From the human T2T-CHM13v2.0 reference genome, Homo sapiens: a stretch of 64,000 nt of DNA. Of this stretch, positions 17,167 to 39,479 are shown in pieces; position 1 is the stretch's first letter, and each line of letters starts with the position of its first letter. The translations under genes and the position numbers were made by a program. The stretch is taken from the NCBI RefSeq assembly GCF_009914755.1, contig NC_060925.1; one strand, given 5' to 3'. A model generated the notes under the pieces. It worked only from the letters and a program-made list of their open reading frames with translations, was not told the DNA's origin and ran no database searches.

Positions 17167-17217
17167 CTCAGCACTGGGCAGCGGTCCGCTCTTCTTCACT
17201 CCGGCTGCAACTTCAGA
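17167..17217 (-). CDS. EXOSC10: EXOSC10 exon 15, SEVAAGVKKSGPLPSAE
   Basis: ccttag acceptor, gtagag donor, 51 nt. Confidence 0.95.
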
Positions 17218-17538
17218 CTAAGGAAAAAAACGAAGGGAATTGAGGAAAGTTGCCCAAGCACCTCAAGTCCAACCCCCAGTCTCCAGCGCTGACTGTATTC
17301 CTTCACCAGCCTGTTTCTCAAAAGCCCAGAGATTTTCTTTCCTCTCTTCACTCCTTACAGTGCCTGGCATGATAATTATTTGGTGCTCAATAATTATTTG
17401 TAGAATGAAAGAATAAAGCTCTTTAACATGACTAAGCACAATAGGAAGGATTCCAAAGAGCTTGAAAAAGACTCTTCTCTAGTAATCAAGGTCTCTCTTT
17501 ACTTGGACAAAGTACAGAGCTTACAAAGACATTTTTAA

Positions 17539-18122
<584 letters not shown>

Positions 18123-18894
18123 GACCCTGTTTCAAAACAACAACAACAACAAAAAAAACAAAAGAAAACTGGCTGCCATTGTCAGCATTTGCTACGAAGT
18201 CTCATCAATCTTTTCTTCTGATGCTTCCTACACCTGTTCTTTCCTTCTCAGTGTGTGATTCCTCACTCATTCAGGGAGCTATCACTTCACATCTGGGCCA
18301 TCGCCAGGCTCCCAAAACTAGCTCCCTCTGCTGAGGTCACCGCTCCATCTCACTCCACCACATTAACTGCCTTAGAACAGTGAATTGGCCCAGTTACCAG
18401 ACAGTACTTGCTGCTGAATCATCAAAGCTAAGGTCATAAATAAAGAGTCTTAGCTCTCAACTATCATAAAAAAAAGCAGCTAAATTCATCAAGACACACA
18501 CACTGGATTTCCTAAGCCCTATTATTTCCCTAGGGTTGTTTAGAATGCAGACCAGCTCATGAATCTAGGAAGCCACAAGGAATAAGACACTAGCAGAAAA
18601 AACAGGCCTGCTAAAGTTGGGCATGATGGCTCACGCCTGTAATCCCAGCACTTTGGGAGGCCCAGGTGGTGGATCACCTGAGGTCAGGAGTTCGAGACCA
18701 GCCTGGCCAACATGGTGAAACCCCGCCTCTACTAAAAATACAAAATTAGCCAGGCGTGGTGGTGCATGCCTGTAATCCCAGCGACTCAGGAGGTTGAGTC
18801 AGGAGAACTGCTTGAATCCAGGAGGCGGAGGTTGCAGTGAGCCGAGATCATGCCACTGCACTCCAGCCTGGAGACAGAGCGAGACTCCGTCTAA

Positions 18895-19196
<302 letters not shown>

Positions 19197-19276
19197 TGAT
19201 CCAGCCACCTCAGCCTCCCAAAGTGCTGAGATTATAGGCGTGAGCCACTGTGCCCAGCCGCAGAAAAGCTTCTTAC

Positions 19277-19388
19277 CTTGAGCAGGGGCATCTCTCGGGC
19301 CTGCTGGATTAAAAGGTGCATTTCGTTGATCTGCTGCCGCACAAGGGGCGGTACTGGGTTGCAGCAAGCTATGATGCCCTGAGGTTCC
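19277..19388 (-). CDS. EXOSC10: EXOSC10 exon 14, (K)[37 protein letters not shown] (end of HRDC)
   Basis: cttcag acceptor, gtaaga donor, 112 nt. Confidence 0.96.
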
Positions 19389-20064
19389 CTGAAGACAAGT
19401 AAGAACACACTCAACTTGTCACTCAGAAACGCAGCCCTTAAAGGCTTCCAGATAAGAATAATGACTGGGTAAAGCCAGGCTGCCACCTAAGCTGAAGCTA
19501 CAGGTAGGTGACTAAGGAAACACTGATGTCAGGCCAGCCTAGGCCAACTTCTCCATGTGTTCTTTGCGACACCAAGCTTTAAGTGGATCCCTCTTGGAGC
19601 CTGACTCCCACAATCAGGGAGAGCTGAAAGTAAGTGCCATAGCACTGTGGATTCTCAATTCCGCAGGGGGCAACCAACGGGCTGTGGATTTTCATTCTTG
19701 CTTATACTTCAATCAAGATCACAAAACGTTTAAGATCATGAGCTGCTTTAATTTGGAAGAAAGTACAGATGACAGAATCTGGGACATTTTCTTCCCTTGC
19801 AAGTAGATGCTATAAGGCTCAGAGACTTAAAATAAACTCAAACTAAGGCATAATCATTGAAATGATTCCAGTTCAGAAGTTTTAGTGCTTAAATGGCAGC
19901 CTGAGGGCAGAAATTCTATATTCCTTCAACTTGCTACCTTCCAAGCTTGGAGCATTAATCTCTGAGTAAGCAGCCTTGGGTAATAGCAACCAGAAAAGCT
20001 TGATTTTGAAGAACATCAGATCTACTGAGAAAGTCAGAACATATTAATCAGATTTGAAACTCAC

Positions 20065-20115
20065 TTAGGCAGTTCTTCAGCTATTTTCAGCATCATGTGG
20101 TTTGGCAGTACATAT
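20065..20115 (-). CDS. EXOSC10: EXOSC10 exon 13, (G)YVLPNHMMLKIAEELP(K), HRDC
   Basis: T11-ccag acceptor, gtgagt donor, 51 nt, phase 2-2. Confidence 0.96.
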
Positions 20116-20119
20116 CTGG

Positions 20120-20126
20120 AAAAAAA

Positions 20127-20173
<47 letters not shown>
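20120..20173 (-). repeat. (TG)21 directly followed by T11 in transcript sense
   Basis: On the + strand: A11 at 20120-20130 and (CA)21 at 20131-20172. Confidence 0.97.
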
Positions 20174-20175
<2 letters not shown>

Positions 20176-20331
20176 TGGGGACACATTACATTCAGCCAGT
20201 AAGTTCCATTAGATGCTGTCACATAGGGGAAATAACCAGCTTTCATAGCAAAAGAAAAAAGCCCATTATTTACTTGTTATTAGATCTCCTCAGTCTGGAA
20301 ACAAGTATTAAAAGAACCTCTAATCCCTTAC

Positions 20332-20480
20332 CCATAACTTTCATCTTCCCTGCGAGCTGTTTTATCCCTCCAGGCAAACAGCAGCTGAAAGGCTGTCAAC
20401 TGCTGTGTGTTAAGGTGCTTCTTCTGCTTCCTATAGAGTTCAAGGTAGGACTCATCCGTGAAGATAGGTTTGATGAATTT
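20332..20480 (-). CDS. EXOSC10: EXOSC10 exon 12, KFIKPIFTDESY...WRDKTARREDESY(G)
   Basis: ttgtag acceptor, gtaagg donor, 149 nt; contains the HRDC start motif WRD. Confidence 0.96.
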
Positions 20481-20649
20481 CTACAAAGTATTAGAGAACA
20501 TTCAAAATCAACGGGAATCAAAATTGTGCCCTGGGCTCTGGAAAATGTTTGGCTCTTTTCATGAATGTAAGGAGCAAACCTAAGAACTAGAACCTGGCCA
20601 GACACAGAGCCCAAGTGTCGCGGTCTGTGTGACTGCGGCTGAGGTGTAC

Positions 20650-20806
20650 CTTGAGGCAGATGTCCCTGCTCCGTTGCCACACCACCTGCAGCTGCACCGG
20701 CTGCCCGTTGCCGCGCTCCCACATCTCCAGCCTCATTTTGTCATAGATATATAGCAGGTAATGGGTGTCATCCCGGGCGTAGCTGAGCATCTCCTCGGGC
20801 AGAGGG
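20650..20806 (-). CDS. EXOSC10: EXOSC10 exon 11, (R)PLPEEMLSYARDDTHY...DICLK (ExoIII Y436/D440)
   Basis: ttccag acceptor, gtacac donor, 157 nt. Confidence 0.96.
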
Positions 20807-21322
20807 CTGGAATTGCAGAGGACAATGTTTTACTGATTGCCCCCAAGGACAGCAATTCAATTTGTCTATTCCTTGGGTGCTGGGACTTCCTTAGACCCTT
20901 CCAATATGAAAGATCCTTTCATAGTCAATACTGCAGTTATGCCAACATTTCCTGCATTTTAACATGATAAACCATTATTTTAACAGCTGGGTAGAATTGG
21001 AGGCAGGGTAATGCGGTGGTTAAAATAAGGGCACTGTCAGCTACTCTGGACACACACAAGAGGCAGTAGAAAAGGGGCCACTGGTGTCCTGAGTTCAAAT
21101 CTCAGCTCCAGATGTCTGTCCTTGGACAAGTTCCTTAACCTCTTTGGGCTGACCCACCTAACTTGTGAAATGGGAACCAGGTACTTCATAGGCTGTTGTG
21201 AGGACTACACAGGACCACATCCTTGAAGCACTTAGCCCAGAGCTTGGCACAGGGTAAGGGCTCCGTAACAGGGAGTGGTTTTTAGATTTTATCAATTTTT
21301 ATCTTTTATTTGGATTTTATCA

Positions 21323-21532
<210 letters not shown>

Positions 21533-21539
21533 CTAGCTA

Positions 21540-21722
<183 letters not shown>

Positions 21723-22255
21723 CTATGACAGGTGCAACCTCGGAGAGGTAGCAACCAAGCGGAAAACGACCAAGCTGAGCAAGGCCTGCAGGAAGTGGGG
21801 CAAAACTGCTACCTTATGCCACAAAAAAACGCTCAGTGTAAAGCTAAACAACAGTGTCCCTTAGAATTCTTTCCCACCTATGGAAGGTCATCTTGCACAC
21901 ACACACACACACACAATCATCCCTACAGAAGATCTTACACACACACAAAATCATCTGGTAGAAAGATCCCAGTTTCAAACAAAAGACCAGCATGGGCAAA
22001 TACTGGTGCGGCACCTCTTTTTCAACCACTATTTCCATGGAACACAGTGTAACTGCATCAGCCCATCATAAAGTCCACCTTAGCATTAAAAAATTTCCTA
22101 CCACTTTTACGCTGCTGAAGATGCCTGGCGAAAAGCCTGATGCCATTCATCTCAATGAGCGTGGTAGGGCTCAAACCCAGGTCTCTCTGGACGACAGGTT
22201 AATGAATAATCACTTTCTTCTGCCACCCACATTTCCTCAGTAAGAGCAAACTGAC

Positions 22256-22446
22256 CGTATTCTCCAATCAGCCAGCTGATATTGCTTGTTTGAGTCCACG
22301 TTGCAGTAGAGTTTCAGGAGATGATCGAGTGAGTGCCTGCCCAGGTTAAGAAGGCGTGCTGCCTGATGAGTATCAAACATGTTTACTACATACAACCCAA
22401 AGTCTTTCTGTAGCCATTCTATGTCTGAATCAGCACCATGAAAGAC
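22256..22446 (-). CDS. EXOSC10: EXOSC10 exon 10, VFHGADSDIEWLQ...ADWRI(R) (ExoII D371)
   Basis: tttcag acceptor, gtcagt donor, 191 nt. Confidence 0.96.
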
Positions 22447-22831
22447 CTGAAAACAGAACCAAAGTCATGCAGTACACTGGTAGCAGGCCACTCATGCTCA
22501 GAAATTAACTCTGCCTCTAGTTTATTAGAACACTGAAATTAGAAGGTAGTCTCCGCTGTCCCATCTGTAGTGCAGTGGTGTGATCTTGGCTCACTGCAAC
22601 TTCCGCCTCCCATGCTCCAGCAATCCTCCCACCTCAGCCTCCCAAGTAGTTGGGACTACAGCGTGCCACCACGCCCAGCTAAACTTTGGTATTTTTTGTA
22701 GAGACGGGGTTTCACTATGTTCCCCAGGCTGGTCTCAATCTCCTGGGCTCAAGTGATCCTCCTGCCTCAGCTCCCCAAAATGCTGGGATTACAGGCCTGA
22801 GCCACCTCACCTGGCTGAAGCCAATGTTCTA

Positions 22832-26669
<3,838 letters not shown>

Positions 26670-27015
26670 TGATTCCATACGCTTGAAGTCTGAAACTGTT
26701 ATCAACCAATGAGACACATGAAAGCAGCTCTAGTAGCTTCAGTACAGTCATCAAGTCCAAACAATCTTGATGGCTGGGGCTCACTGCAGTAGTCATTAAA
26801 ATGATTTAACGTTTTTCTGGGCGGTAACAAGCTAAGTCTTAGCTGTTCTAACAGGGATTTAGAAACAAAAGCCATTTAGCACTGTACCCTAGTTAGGAAA
26901 TGACATGATTCCTCCCAACTTGACTGGTCTAGGTTGAAATAATGAAATAGTACACTGAAAAGCACTAAAAATCTTGTATGAGCTCACATGCATGAGTTAC
27001 AAAAGGCTGGCTGAC

Positions 27016-27159
27016 CTTAACGATGGCTGGGTCTGTGAGGCTCTCATTGAGAATGTACATGTCACTTCGAAGCTCGAGGGTGTCAATGATGAAGTCTTCC
27101 GTCCGAGTAGAAATTTGCATCAGGCAGGTCAGTCCCAGGAAGCTCCTGTAAGAGTGGTG
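27016..27159 (-). CDS. EXOSC10: EXOSC10 exon 9, HHSYRSFLGLTCLMQIST...DPAIVK
   Basis: gtttag acceptor, gtcagc donor, 144 nt. Confidence 0.96.
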
Positions 27160-27367
27160 CTAAACCCCACAGAAGGAGGGGAGAAGAGGAAAAACAAAGA
27201 TTATATTAGACTTTCCTTTACTGATTTTGAAAAGTCAGCTACAAAGCTAAGTTATATGATTAATTTTTTACCAAAAAAAATTACAATTAGTATTAATTTT
27301 ATACTTCTCCAACAGGTGAACTCACAGAAAAATGTAAAAATTTTACCCAGGGTCATTTATAAGATAC

Positions 27368-27478
27368 CTCCAAGTCAACTGCAAATTCCTGACAATTCAA
27401 GAGCTTTTCGTTGAGTTCCACGAGTTCATCCAGGGAGGATATGAAATGGCATGGTGTCTCTTCTATAGGTCTGTATAA
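27368..27478 (-). CDS. EXOSC10: EXOSC10 exon 8, LYRPIEETP...FAVDLE (ExoI D313/E315)
   Basis: atccag acceptor, gtatct donor, 111 nt. The cumulative codon count ends at 315. Confidence 0.96.
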
Positions 27479-27690
27479 CTGGATCAAGAGAATAGTAAGA
27501 AAAAGGGAGGAATATAGAAATCATCCCCCAGTAAAGTACAAAGTGAACTACAAGTTTGAGAAATGACCCAAAACTGTAACTTTCTCCCTTAAAGATCTTC
27601 AAGGAAAGTCAAAATTGCATCAATGAATCTACTTATTTGATTCCTCTTGGGCTACTACACGGCACCTTTAAACTAAGGCTGGGTACTAAC

Positions 27691-27766
27691 CTGGGGTTGT
27701 GGCTTTTGAAGCACTGCATCTGCTGGGGTAAAGTGATTTAGTTCATATTGATAAGGATGTGCAAAC
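27691..27766 (-). CDS. EXOSC10: EXOSC10 exon 7, (M)FAHPYQYELNHFTPADAVLQKPQPQ
   Basis: actcag acceptor, gttagt donor, 76 nt. Confidence 0.96.
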
Positions 27767-28644
27767 CTGAGTAAATAAAACAAAAAGAGAAATCATTCTG
27801 ATTAATTCCATGATTCAAGGGAAAAATAATGCCTTTTATCCAATCTGTAAAAACAAATGAGAAAAGACCACTGTGAAAATATCTTCCCTTTACAAAGAGC
27901 TTATTTCAGTAATTCAACTACAAATCATAAATCAGATGATATTTGCTCACTCTTAAAATATGATAATTAAGTCTATTAATTTCTTTAGAGAGCTGGAGAC
28001 CCAAGCAGCTTTATAAAGATTTGAGTACTTATTTGCAAAGTACTGTATAGTTGATGTTGTGGATAATACCAAAATGAGAAATATGTCATTCTTGCAGTTT
28101 GAAATAACAAATCTGTAAAGTAAGGATGAAGCAAATACTGCAGTTGGCCAAGAGCTTAATGTTATATTTTTTCTGATCCTAAGAAATCTGTATAAAAATC
28201 CTCAACTTGTGGTGTGTTCCTCGAGGATCACGGTAGCCCAGGAGGGCAGGGCTGCCTTTCATGGCCTTTGTTTCTCCAGCACTTAGCTTGTGGCCTCACA
28301 TTGCAGAGCTGGGGCTAAAGGCATGAATGCCCAGACAGACTCTGGCTCTATGTGAGGAAAAGGCCAATACTAACCAAATTTTTATCACCTTTTTGCATTA
28401 TATTAAAGGCAAAGTCCATTTGTCTATTTTAAGTGAAGTTTTTCCAAGATGCTTATATTGCCAGTAAAAAATGCCTTTTCTTTACTAAATTCATAAATGA
28501 GCCTTGGGCTGAGCACGGTGGCACATGCTTGTAATCCCAGAACTCTGGAAAGTCGAGGCAGGAGGACTGCTTGAGGCCAGGAGTTTCAGGCAGCCTGGAC
28601 AACACAGAAAGACCCTGTGTTTACAAAAATAAAAACTAAAATTA

Positions 28645-28788
<144 letters not shown>

Positions 28789-28839
28789 CTAAAAAAAAAA
28801 AAAAAAAAAAAGTGAGCCTTACCTACTATTTGAATCCTA

Positions 28840-29896
<1,057 letters not shown>

Positions 29897-30124
29897 TAAG
29901 AGCAACTGCTACTTCTCAGGACTGCAGTGAGGTTTACATGAGGCAATGCTGTGTAGGCCCTTTGTGAACACAAACAGCAGGTTTTATTGCTAAGGCCCAG
30001 GTTGGGGTGTAAGGAGGAAATCACTACTCCTCAGATTGTTTTCATGTATATACTCCACAAAAGTGAAAATGTGGCAAAAAGGTAAGTACTCACGGCAGAA
30101 AGTCAGACACAGGCCAACACTTAC

Positions 30125-30239
30125 ATGTCTTGCTCAACCTGCTGGGTTCTCTGCTGATGGATGAAATCAGCCAGTGCAGGGGGGACGTCCAAGTCCTCAG
30201 GACGATCCTGTGGGCGTTCCCGCCTTTCCTTAGAGAGAG
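30125..30239 (-). CDS. EXOSC10: EXOSC10 exon 6, (A)LSKERRERPQ...QVEQD(M)
   Basis: ccccag acceptor, gtaagt donor, 115 nt. Confidence 0.96.
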
Positions 30240-30584
30240 CTGGGGATCCCAGCAGTGACAAAAACATCATTAGCACATTCATGTCTTTTCTAATTACACA
30301 GGGGTAAACTGGTTCCCTTTGTTTTTTGGCTTTTTTTTTTGAGACAGGGTCATGTTCTGTCCCCCAGGCTGAAGTGTGGTGGCACAAGCACAGCTCACTG
30401 TAGCCTTGACCTCCTGGGCTCAAGTGATCCTCCCACTTCAGCCTCTGGAATAGCTGAACTGGGCTCCCTTTGAACAAAGGAGGGTGGGCTCCCTTTGAAC
30501 AAAGAAGAGAGACCTGTACACCCTTCCTGGTTTTTGCATCAAATAAAGTGAGACTCAAACACAGGCAAAGTATGCACTATTTAC

Positions 30585-30750
30585 CTTGAGGGAGAGGTTT
30601 CTGAGCATTGGGTTTGATGAAGATTTTAGGAAGAAATGGTGTGTTGGAATTGTCAATCTTCTCTCGAAACTTGAGCTGAGGTCGGATGATATTTTTTGCA
30701 TGAAGCAGCCGGAAAGTTTCAGATTTTGCTTTTTTGCCATATTCTGCTGC
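30585..30750 (-). CDS. EXOSC10: EXOSC10 exon 5, AAEYGKKAKSETFRLLHAKNIIRPQ...KPLPQ
   Basis: tcatag acceptor, gtaaat donor, 166 nt. Confidence 0.96.
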
Positions 30751-31063
30751 CTATGATCAATGAATACAAATACTTTATAACACAGCAACTTGATGAATTA
30801 GAAAAGTAAATTCCAATTTATGACTTCTGAGGAGACAAGAACATCGCAAAGGTCATTCATTCATTTAAGAATGTATGTGCATGTAGAGGTCTCCAGAAAG
30901 AGAAGAAGAGGGTGTAATTAGTTTGTGTATGTTTATGAGAACAAACTAAAGGAGACAGTGGCCAGTTCTCTAATAAATTAGAACAGAAATGCATGTTAGA
31001 ATGAGCAAAATCTCTGTTATGAAGCTGACATCAAGAGCTCTAGTTAATCTGAAAAGCCCTCAC

Positions 31064-31168
31064 CTTACGGTTCCAGCTGGACACTACCGTTTTGGGGACC
31101 TGCAAGCCGGCAGGGAGGACAGGCTGTTGATTCTTGTTTACACCTGAGGCTTCATCCAGTAAAATACC
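31064..31168 (-). CDS. EXOSC10: EXOSC10 exon 4, GILLDEASG...SSWNRK
   Basis: tcttag acceptor, gtgagg donor, 105 nt. Confidence 0.96.
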
Positions 31169-31178
31169 CTAAGAGTAG

Positions 31179-31439
<261 letters not shown>

Positions 31440-31677
31440 TAGTAGAGATGGGGTTTCACCCGGTTGGCCAGGCTGGTCTCGAACTCCTGACCTCAAGTGA
31501 TCCGCCCACCTGAGCCTCCCAAAATGCTGGGATTATAGGCGTGAGCCACCGTGCCCCACCTAATTACCTAACATTTTAAAGAGATTGGTATTCAGAGACA
31601 TTTGTGTAAGAAAATATACATATATAAGAACAGATCAATGTATGTATCAAAACATCAAGTTGTATGTAATAAATATA

Positions 31678-32632
<955 letters not shown>

Positions 32633-33448
32633 TACAATTTTTGTCAATAAAAAAATAAAAATTTTACAAAGTTGATCAATAAAGGTCATTAGTATGTCAT
32701 GCCAAGTAATTAATGCATTATTTGCTCAAAGGCAGGTAGGACAGTAATTACCCATGCCCAATACTCGATTGACTCTTTAAAGCTCTGAATTGGGCTGAAA
32801 ATTCTAATATGATTTAACAGTGTAATGTGGCCACTAAAATAACTAAGAAGTCCCTGGACTGCATACATTAAATATAGAAGTACACTATTTAGAATGAAAC
32901 TGCAGGGAGTCCTCATCTATTTTGCACTTTAAAGCAGACGTGAAATATCAGCTTGGGCACTACTAACAGAGGCACAACCAGGTGACACATAGGATTATGG
33001 CAGGACTTGAAATCACAATATACCAGAAACTGCTGAAAGATTTGTAGGCATTTAGACTAGGGAAGAGATGACTTCATGGGACAGGAGGGCATGATTTAAA
33101 TATTTTCAGGACTGTCAGATGGTTGAAGTCAGATTTGTTTTCCATGATCTCTATGTATTTCTGTGGAAATAACGTTCTGCCATAGAATTAGGCATAAATA
33201 GATAGTAAGCAAGACAGAATAATACACATCTCCTTCCAATCCTGTGAGCTGGAGGGGGTTCAGTAGATTTTGAGTAACGGTACAAATAAACTAAATTTTG
33301 GTTGGGTGATATAAATGCCTCTTCTTTTGCAACACAAATAGAATTTGCAAATCTTGTCAGGCACAGTGGCTCATGCCTATAATCCTAGTGACTAAGGAGG
33401 CTGAGGTGGGGGGGGATTGTTTGAGGCCAGGATTGTTTGAGGAGTTCA

Positions 33449-33643
<195 letters not shown>

Positions 33644-33884
33644 TCAGTATCCAAAAAAATAAAAACAGAATTTGCAGATCTGGAAGACAGATTCAGAATA
33701 AGGCACTTTATTTATTTATTAATTTTAAATAAAGACAAGGTCTCACTATGTTGCCCAGGCTGGTTCTGGAACTCCTGAGCTCAAGCAATCCTCTTACCTC
33801 GGCCTCCTACAGTGCTAGGATTACAGGAGTGAGCCACTGACCCTGGCCAGAATAAGGCACTTTAACTTTTTTTTTTTTTTTTGA

Positions 33885-33993
<109 letters not shown>

Positions 33994-34096
33994 TAGCTGG
34001 GATTACAAGTGCCCACCACAACACTCAGCTAATTTTTTATATTTTTAGTAGAGACAGTGTTTTACCATGTCCGCCAGGCTGCTCCTGAACCCCTGA

Positions 34097-34336
<240 letters not shown>

Positions 34337-34406
34337 TAGTTTTTATATTTTAGTAGAGACGGGGTTTCACCATGTTGGCCAGACTGGTCTTGAACTCCTG
34401 ACCTCA

Positions 34407-34848
<442 letters not shown>

Positions 34849-35002
34849 TTAGAAAAAATATACCAACTATTAGAAGGGAATGTTATTATAAGAAATGTTA
34901 AGCTTATTTCCTTTTCATTTTCTAAGGTGCCTGGGTTGCTCTGTCTATCCGTATATTTTAATAATACAAAGCTCTTTGTTAGTTACCATAAGAGTAAGGG
35001 AA

Positions 35003-35791
<789 letters not shown>

Positions 35792-36521
35792 TGATCTGCC
35801 TGCCTCCGACTCCCGGATTCAAGCGATTCTCATGCCTCAGCCTCCTGAGTAGCTGGGATTATGGGCACACGCCACCAGGTCTGGCTAATTTTTGTATTTT
35901 TAGTAAAGATGACGTTTCACCACGTTGGCCAGGCTGGTCTCGAACTCTTGACCTGAAGTGATCCACCTGCCTCGGCCTCCCAAAGTTCTGGGATTACAGG
36001 TGTGAGCCATGAGCCCAGCCTTTTTCTTTCTTTCTTTCTTTCTTTTTTTTTTTTTTTTTTTTAAAGAGACAGGGTCTTGCTCTGTTACCCAGGCTGGAAT
36101 GCAGCAGTACAATCACAGCTCCCTGTAGCCTTGAACTCCTGGGCTCAAGTGATACTCCCACCTCAGCCTCCCAAGTAGCTGTGACTTGGGAGTGGTGCAC
36201 CACCACTCCCAGCTACTTTAAAAATTTTTTGTAGGGATGGAGTCTCCCTACGTTGCCCAGGCTGGTCTTGAACTCCTGGGCTCAAGCGATCCTTCTGCCT
36301 TTGCCTCCCAAAGCACTAGGATTACAGGCATGAGCCGCCATGTCTGGCCCCTGATACTTTTTGATGAAACCAATAAAACTTGCACCCTAGCTGGGCGCAG
36401 TGGCTCACACCTGTAATCCTAGCACTTCAGGAGTGGTCACGACTTCGAGACCAGCCTGGCCAACATGGTGAAACCCCATCTCTACTAAAAATACAAAAAA
36501 CTGGCTAGGCGCAGTGGCTTA

Positions 36522-37083
<562 letters not shown>

Positions 37084-37590
37084 TCAGGAGATCGAGACCA
37101 TCCTGGCTAACATGTTGAAACCCTGTCTCTACTAAAAATACAAAAAATTAGCTGGGCGTGTTGACGGGCACCTGTAGTCCCAGCTACTCAGGAGGCTGAG
37201 GCAGGAGAATAGCGTGAACCTGGGAGGCGGAGCTTGCAGTGAGCCGAGATCATGCCACCGCACTCCAGCCTGGGCAATAGAGCGAGACTCCGTCTCAAAA
37301 AAAAAAAAGAATCTTGGCTCTAAGTGTTCACGTCCCATTTAATTAAAAAAGATTTGTACAAAAGTCAATATATTTTTTCAGTACAAAAGTCAATACATTT
37401 TTTAAAGGCTAAACTAAAAATATACCAAGTAATATTTCCCTAATCAAAATCCATTGCTTCAATTTTCACATTTTATAGCTCTTCATACCACAGAAAATGT
37501 TTAAGGAAAAATAAATTTCAGGAAAAATTTATCTACTTCTTTGTTTTCATTTCTTTTCACTAACACAAGAAAACAAAGTACAGTACTTAC

Positions 37591-37727
37591 CACTGAAGCA
37601 ACCTGTCTCCCTGTGTTTCGCAAAATGCTTGGAAGCCAGGAAAACTTCGGTAAAAATCATACTCATCGCCAAACTGTGGTAGGCCCCCAGATGCCTTGGT
37701 GACTGCCACCACGGACCCAAGAGCAAA
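37591..37727 (-). CDS. EXOSC10: EXOSC10 exon 2, FALGSVVAVTKASGGLP...DRLLQ(C) (PMC2NT)
   Basis: tgacag acceptor, gtaagt donor, 137 nt. Confidence 0.96.
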
Positions 37728-39291
37728 CTGTCAAAAACAAGAAAAGATGGCATGTTTACACAGGGATCCCCATTCATTTGGTATGTCATTTTTTTGATCT
37801 ATCGTATACAAGGTATCTACTCTTCATCCATCAAAAAAAGCACTCATTTAGTGCCAAACCCCAATCTAATCTAGGCCCTGAGAATACAATACTGAACAGG
37901 AAACCAAGTTTGGAGCTTATATTCTTGGGAGAGTTGAGAGACAGAATACATACGTATATAATCTGATTAATATTCACAAATACCTGGGGTTGAATCTTGA
38001 CTCTGCTACGTATTAACTGAGATCTTGGACAAGTGATTGCTTTATTTGGACTTTAGTGTTCTCCTCTGAGAAACAGGAAAAATAAAAAGGGCCTGCACCA
38101 CAGAGTTTTTGTGAGGACAGAATGAATAAGCTAATAAAAGCACTTAGGACAGTTCTTGGCACATAAGCGTTATTATTACGACTCAAGTTCAGATCCAAGA
38201 GCTTTCTACAGGAATTTGTTTTTGTGTTTTCATCTGGATGAGCATCTAAAAACAATACAAGCTTATCCTAGATCCTTGGACGACAAATTTATAACAGCTA
38301 CTATCTAAAACTGGATTTGTGTTTATTGTTCAGTTAGTGTCAAGTGGTTCTCTATTTTAACTGTTGTGAGGTAACGAAAAAAAGCCGTGAAGTGACATAA
38401 ATGATGGCTGATCATGTGAAGGCCTAAAACGTCATTGTGAGTTTTGTGAATAAACATTTCCCAAGAAAAAAGCAGAGAAAGGAGGTGGGAAATTAAGTCA
38501 CGGAGGGGAACATGGTAGCTTATGAGCATGACCGCCACACAACCAGGACCACAGTTAGTGGTCCAGGAACTATTGAGAGCCATGTTAATGAATCAATAGC
38601 ATTAGCTAACAGCAAATTAGATAAGATACAACGTTAGTGGAATTTCTGTAAATTTATAGGGTTAATTTACAAATTATTTTAGTTTCATTGCTTTGTAAGA
38701 GCTATGCACACCTTAAGCCTAGTTGTACGTTTGCTCATATTTAAGCTAAGTTATACAAAGATCTTAAGTGAACGCCCTGTATACCTTCCAGGAGTTACTA
38801 ATAAACGTGCAATGGGGCTTTAACAGGTGACATTTAACTCAGGGTTAAAAATTATGTAGGACTGGACTTCAGAAACAGAGGAAGAGAAGGGCCATACTGG
38901 CCGCGGGAGGAGACAACTCCAGGCAAGTGTGGGGAGCGCGAAGAAGCCGAGCCCCTGCGGAGAGCTGGTCGGGTGGCTAGGGCGTGGCGAGCGCGACGTC
39001 GCAAGGGCTAGGGACGTCTGGGTGGCAAGGAAGCCTTTCCCAGGATGCGAGACGGCTTTCCACATTTGGGCCTCCATGGACTTAGGCTCGCAAGCGGGAC
39101 GCCCCTCAGTGTCCGTTTCCGAGGCCCCATCCCCGGAGGGTGCAGGAGAGTCTGCGCCCAGCGCGGACAGGGGCCCCGCGACCCTCGCTCGGGCTCCACT
39201 ACGGCGGGCGGGCATTGGCTGCCCAGAGGGCCCAGTCGGCTTCCGGCGGCCGCGGGCGACTCCTGGTACCCCCGAGGCCCCGCGAACTCAC

Positions 39292-39402
39292 CTTCACAAA
39301 GCTGTCGGCGTCCGGGAAGCCTGGCAGCACCATCTCTCCGTCGGATTTGGTTGCGCTGGTCGCCGACAGGACCCTGGGCTCCCGGGTACTGGGTGGCGCC
39401 AT
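39292..39402 (-). CDS. EXOSC10: EXOSC10 exon 1 coding part, MAPPSTREPRVLSATSATKSDGEMVLPGFPDADSFVK
   Basis: ATG in context aaaATGG, gtgagt donor, 111 nt. Confidence 0.97.
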
Positions 39403-39423
39403 TTTTTCAGCCTGCACGGCTCG

Positions 39424-39433
39424 TCTCGCGAGA
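39424..39433. promoter_or_regulatory. Perfect TCTCGCGAGA palindrome (CGCG element, BANP motif)
   Basis: Exact match about 22 nt upstream of the ATG, in the TSS region. Confidence 0.85.
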
Positions 39434-39479
39434 GCTTGTCGGCCGAGGAGACGGGACGCGTGCGCACCACGCATGCGCC

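Noticed and set aside
27160-27367. GTATCTT donor of intron 8 as a possible U12-type intron
   Set aside because: It deviates from GTATCCTT and has no CCTTAAC branch site near the acceptor; best read as a weak U2 donor.
26974-27414. 146-aa plus-strand ORF
   Set aside because: It is the antisense shadow of exons 8-9, with no independent support.
37356-37403. 25-bp direct duplication gtacaaaagtcaata(t/c)atttttt
   Set aside because: It is real, but a routine slippage product in AT-rich intron with no evident function.
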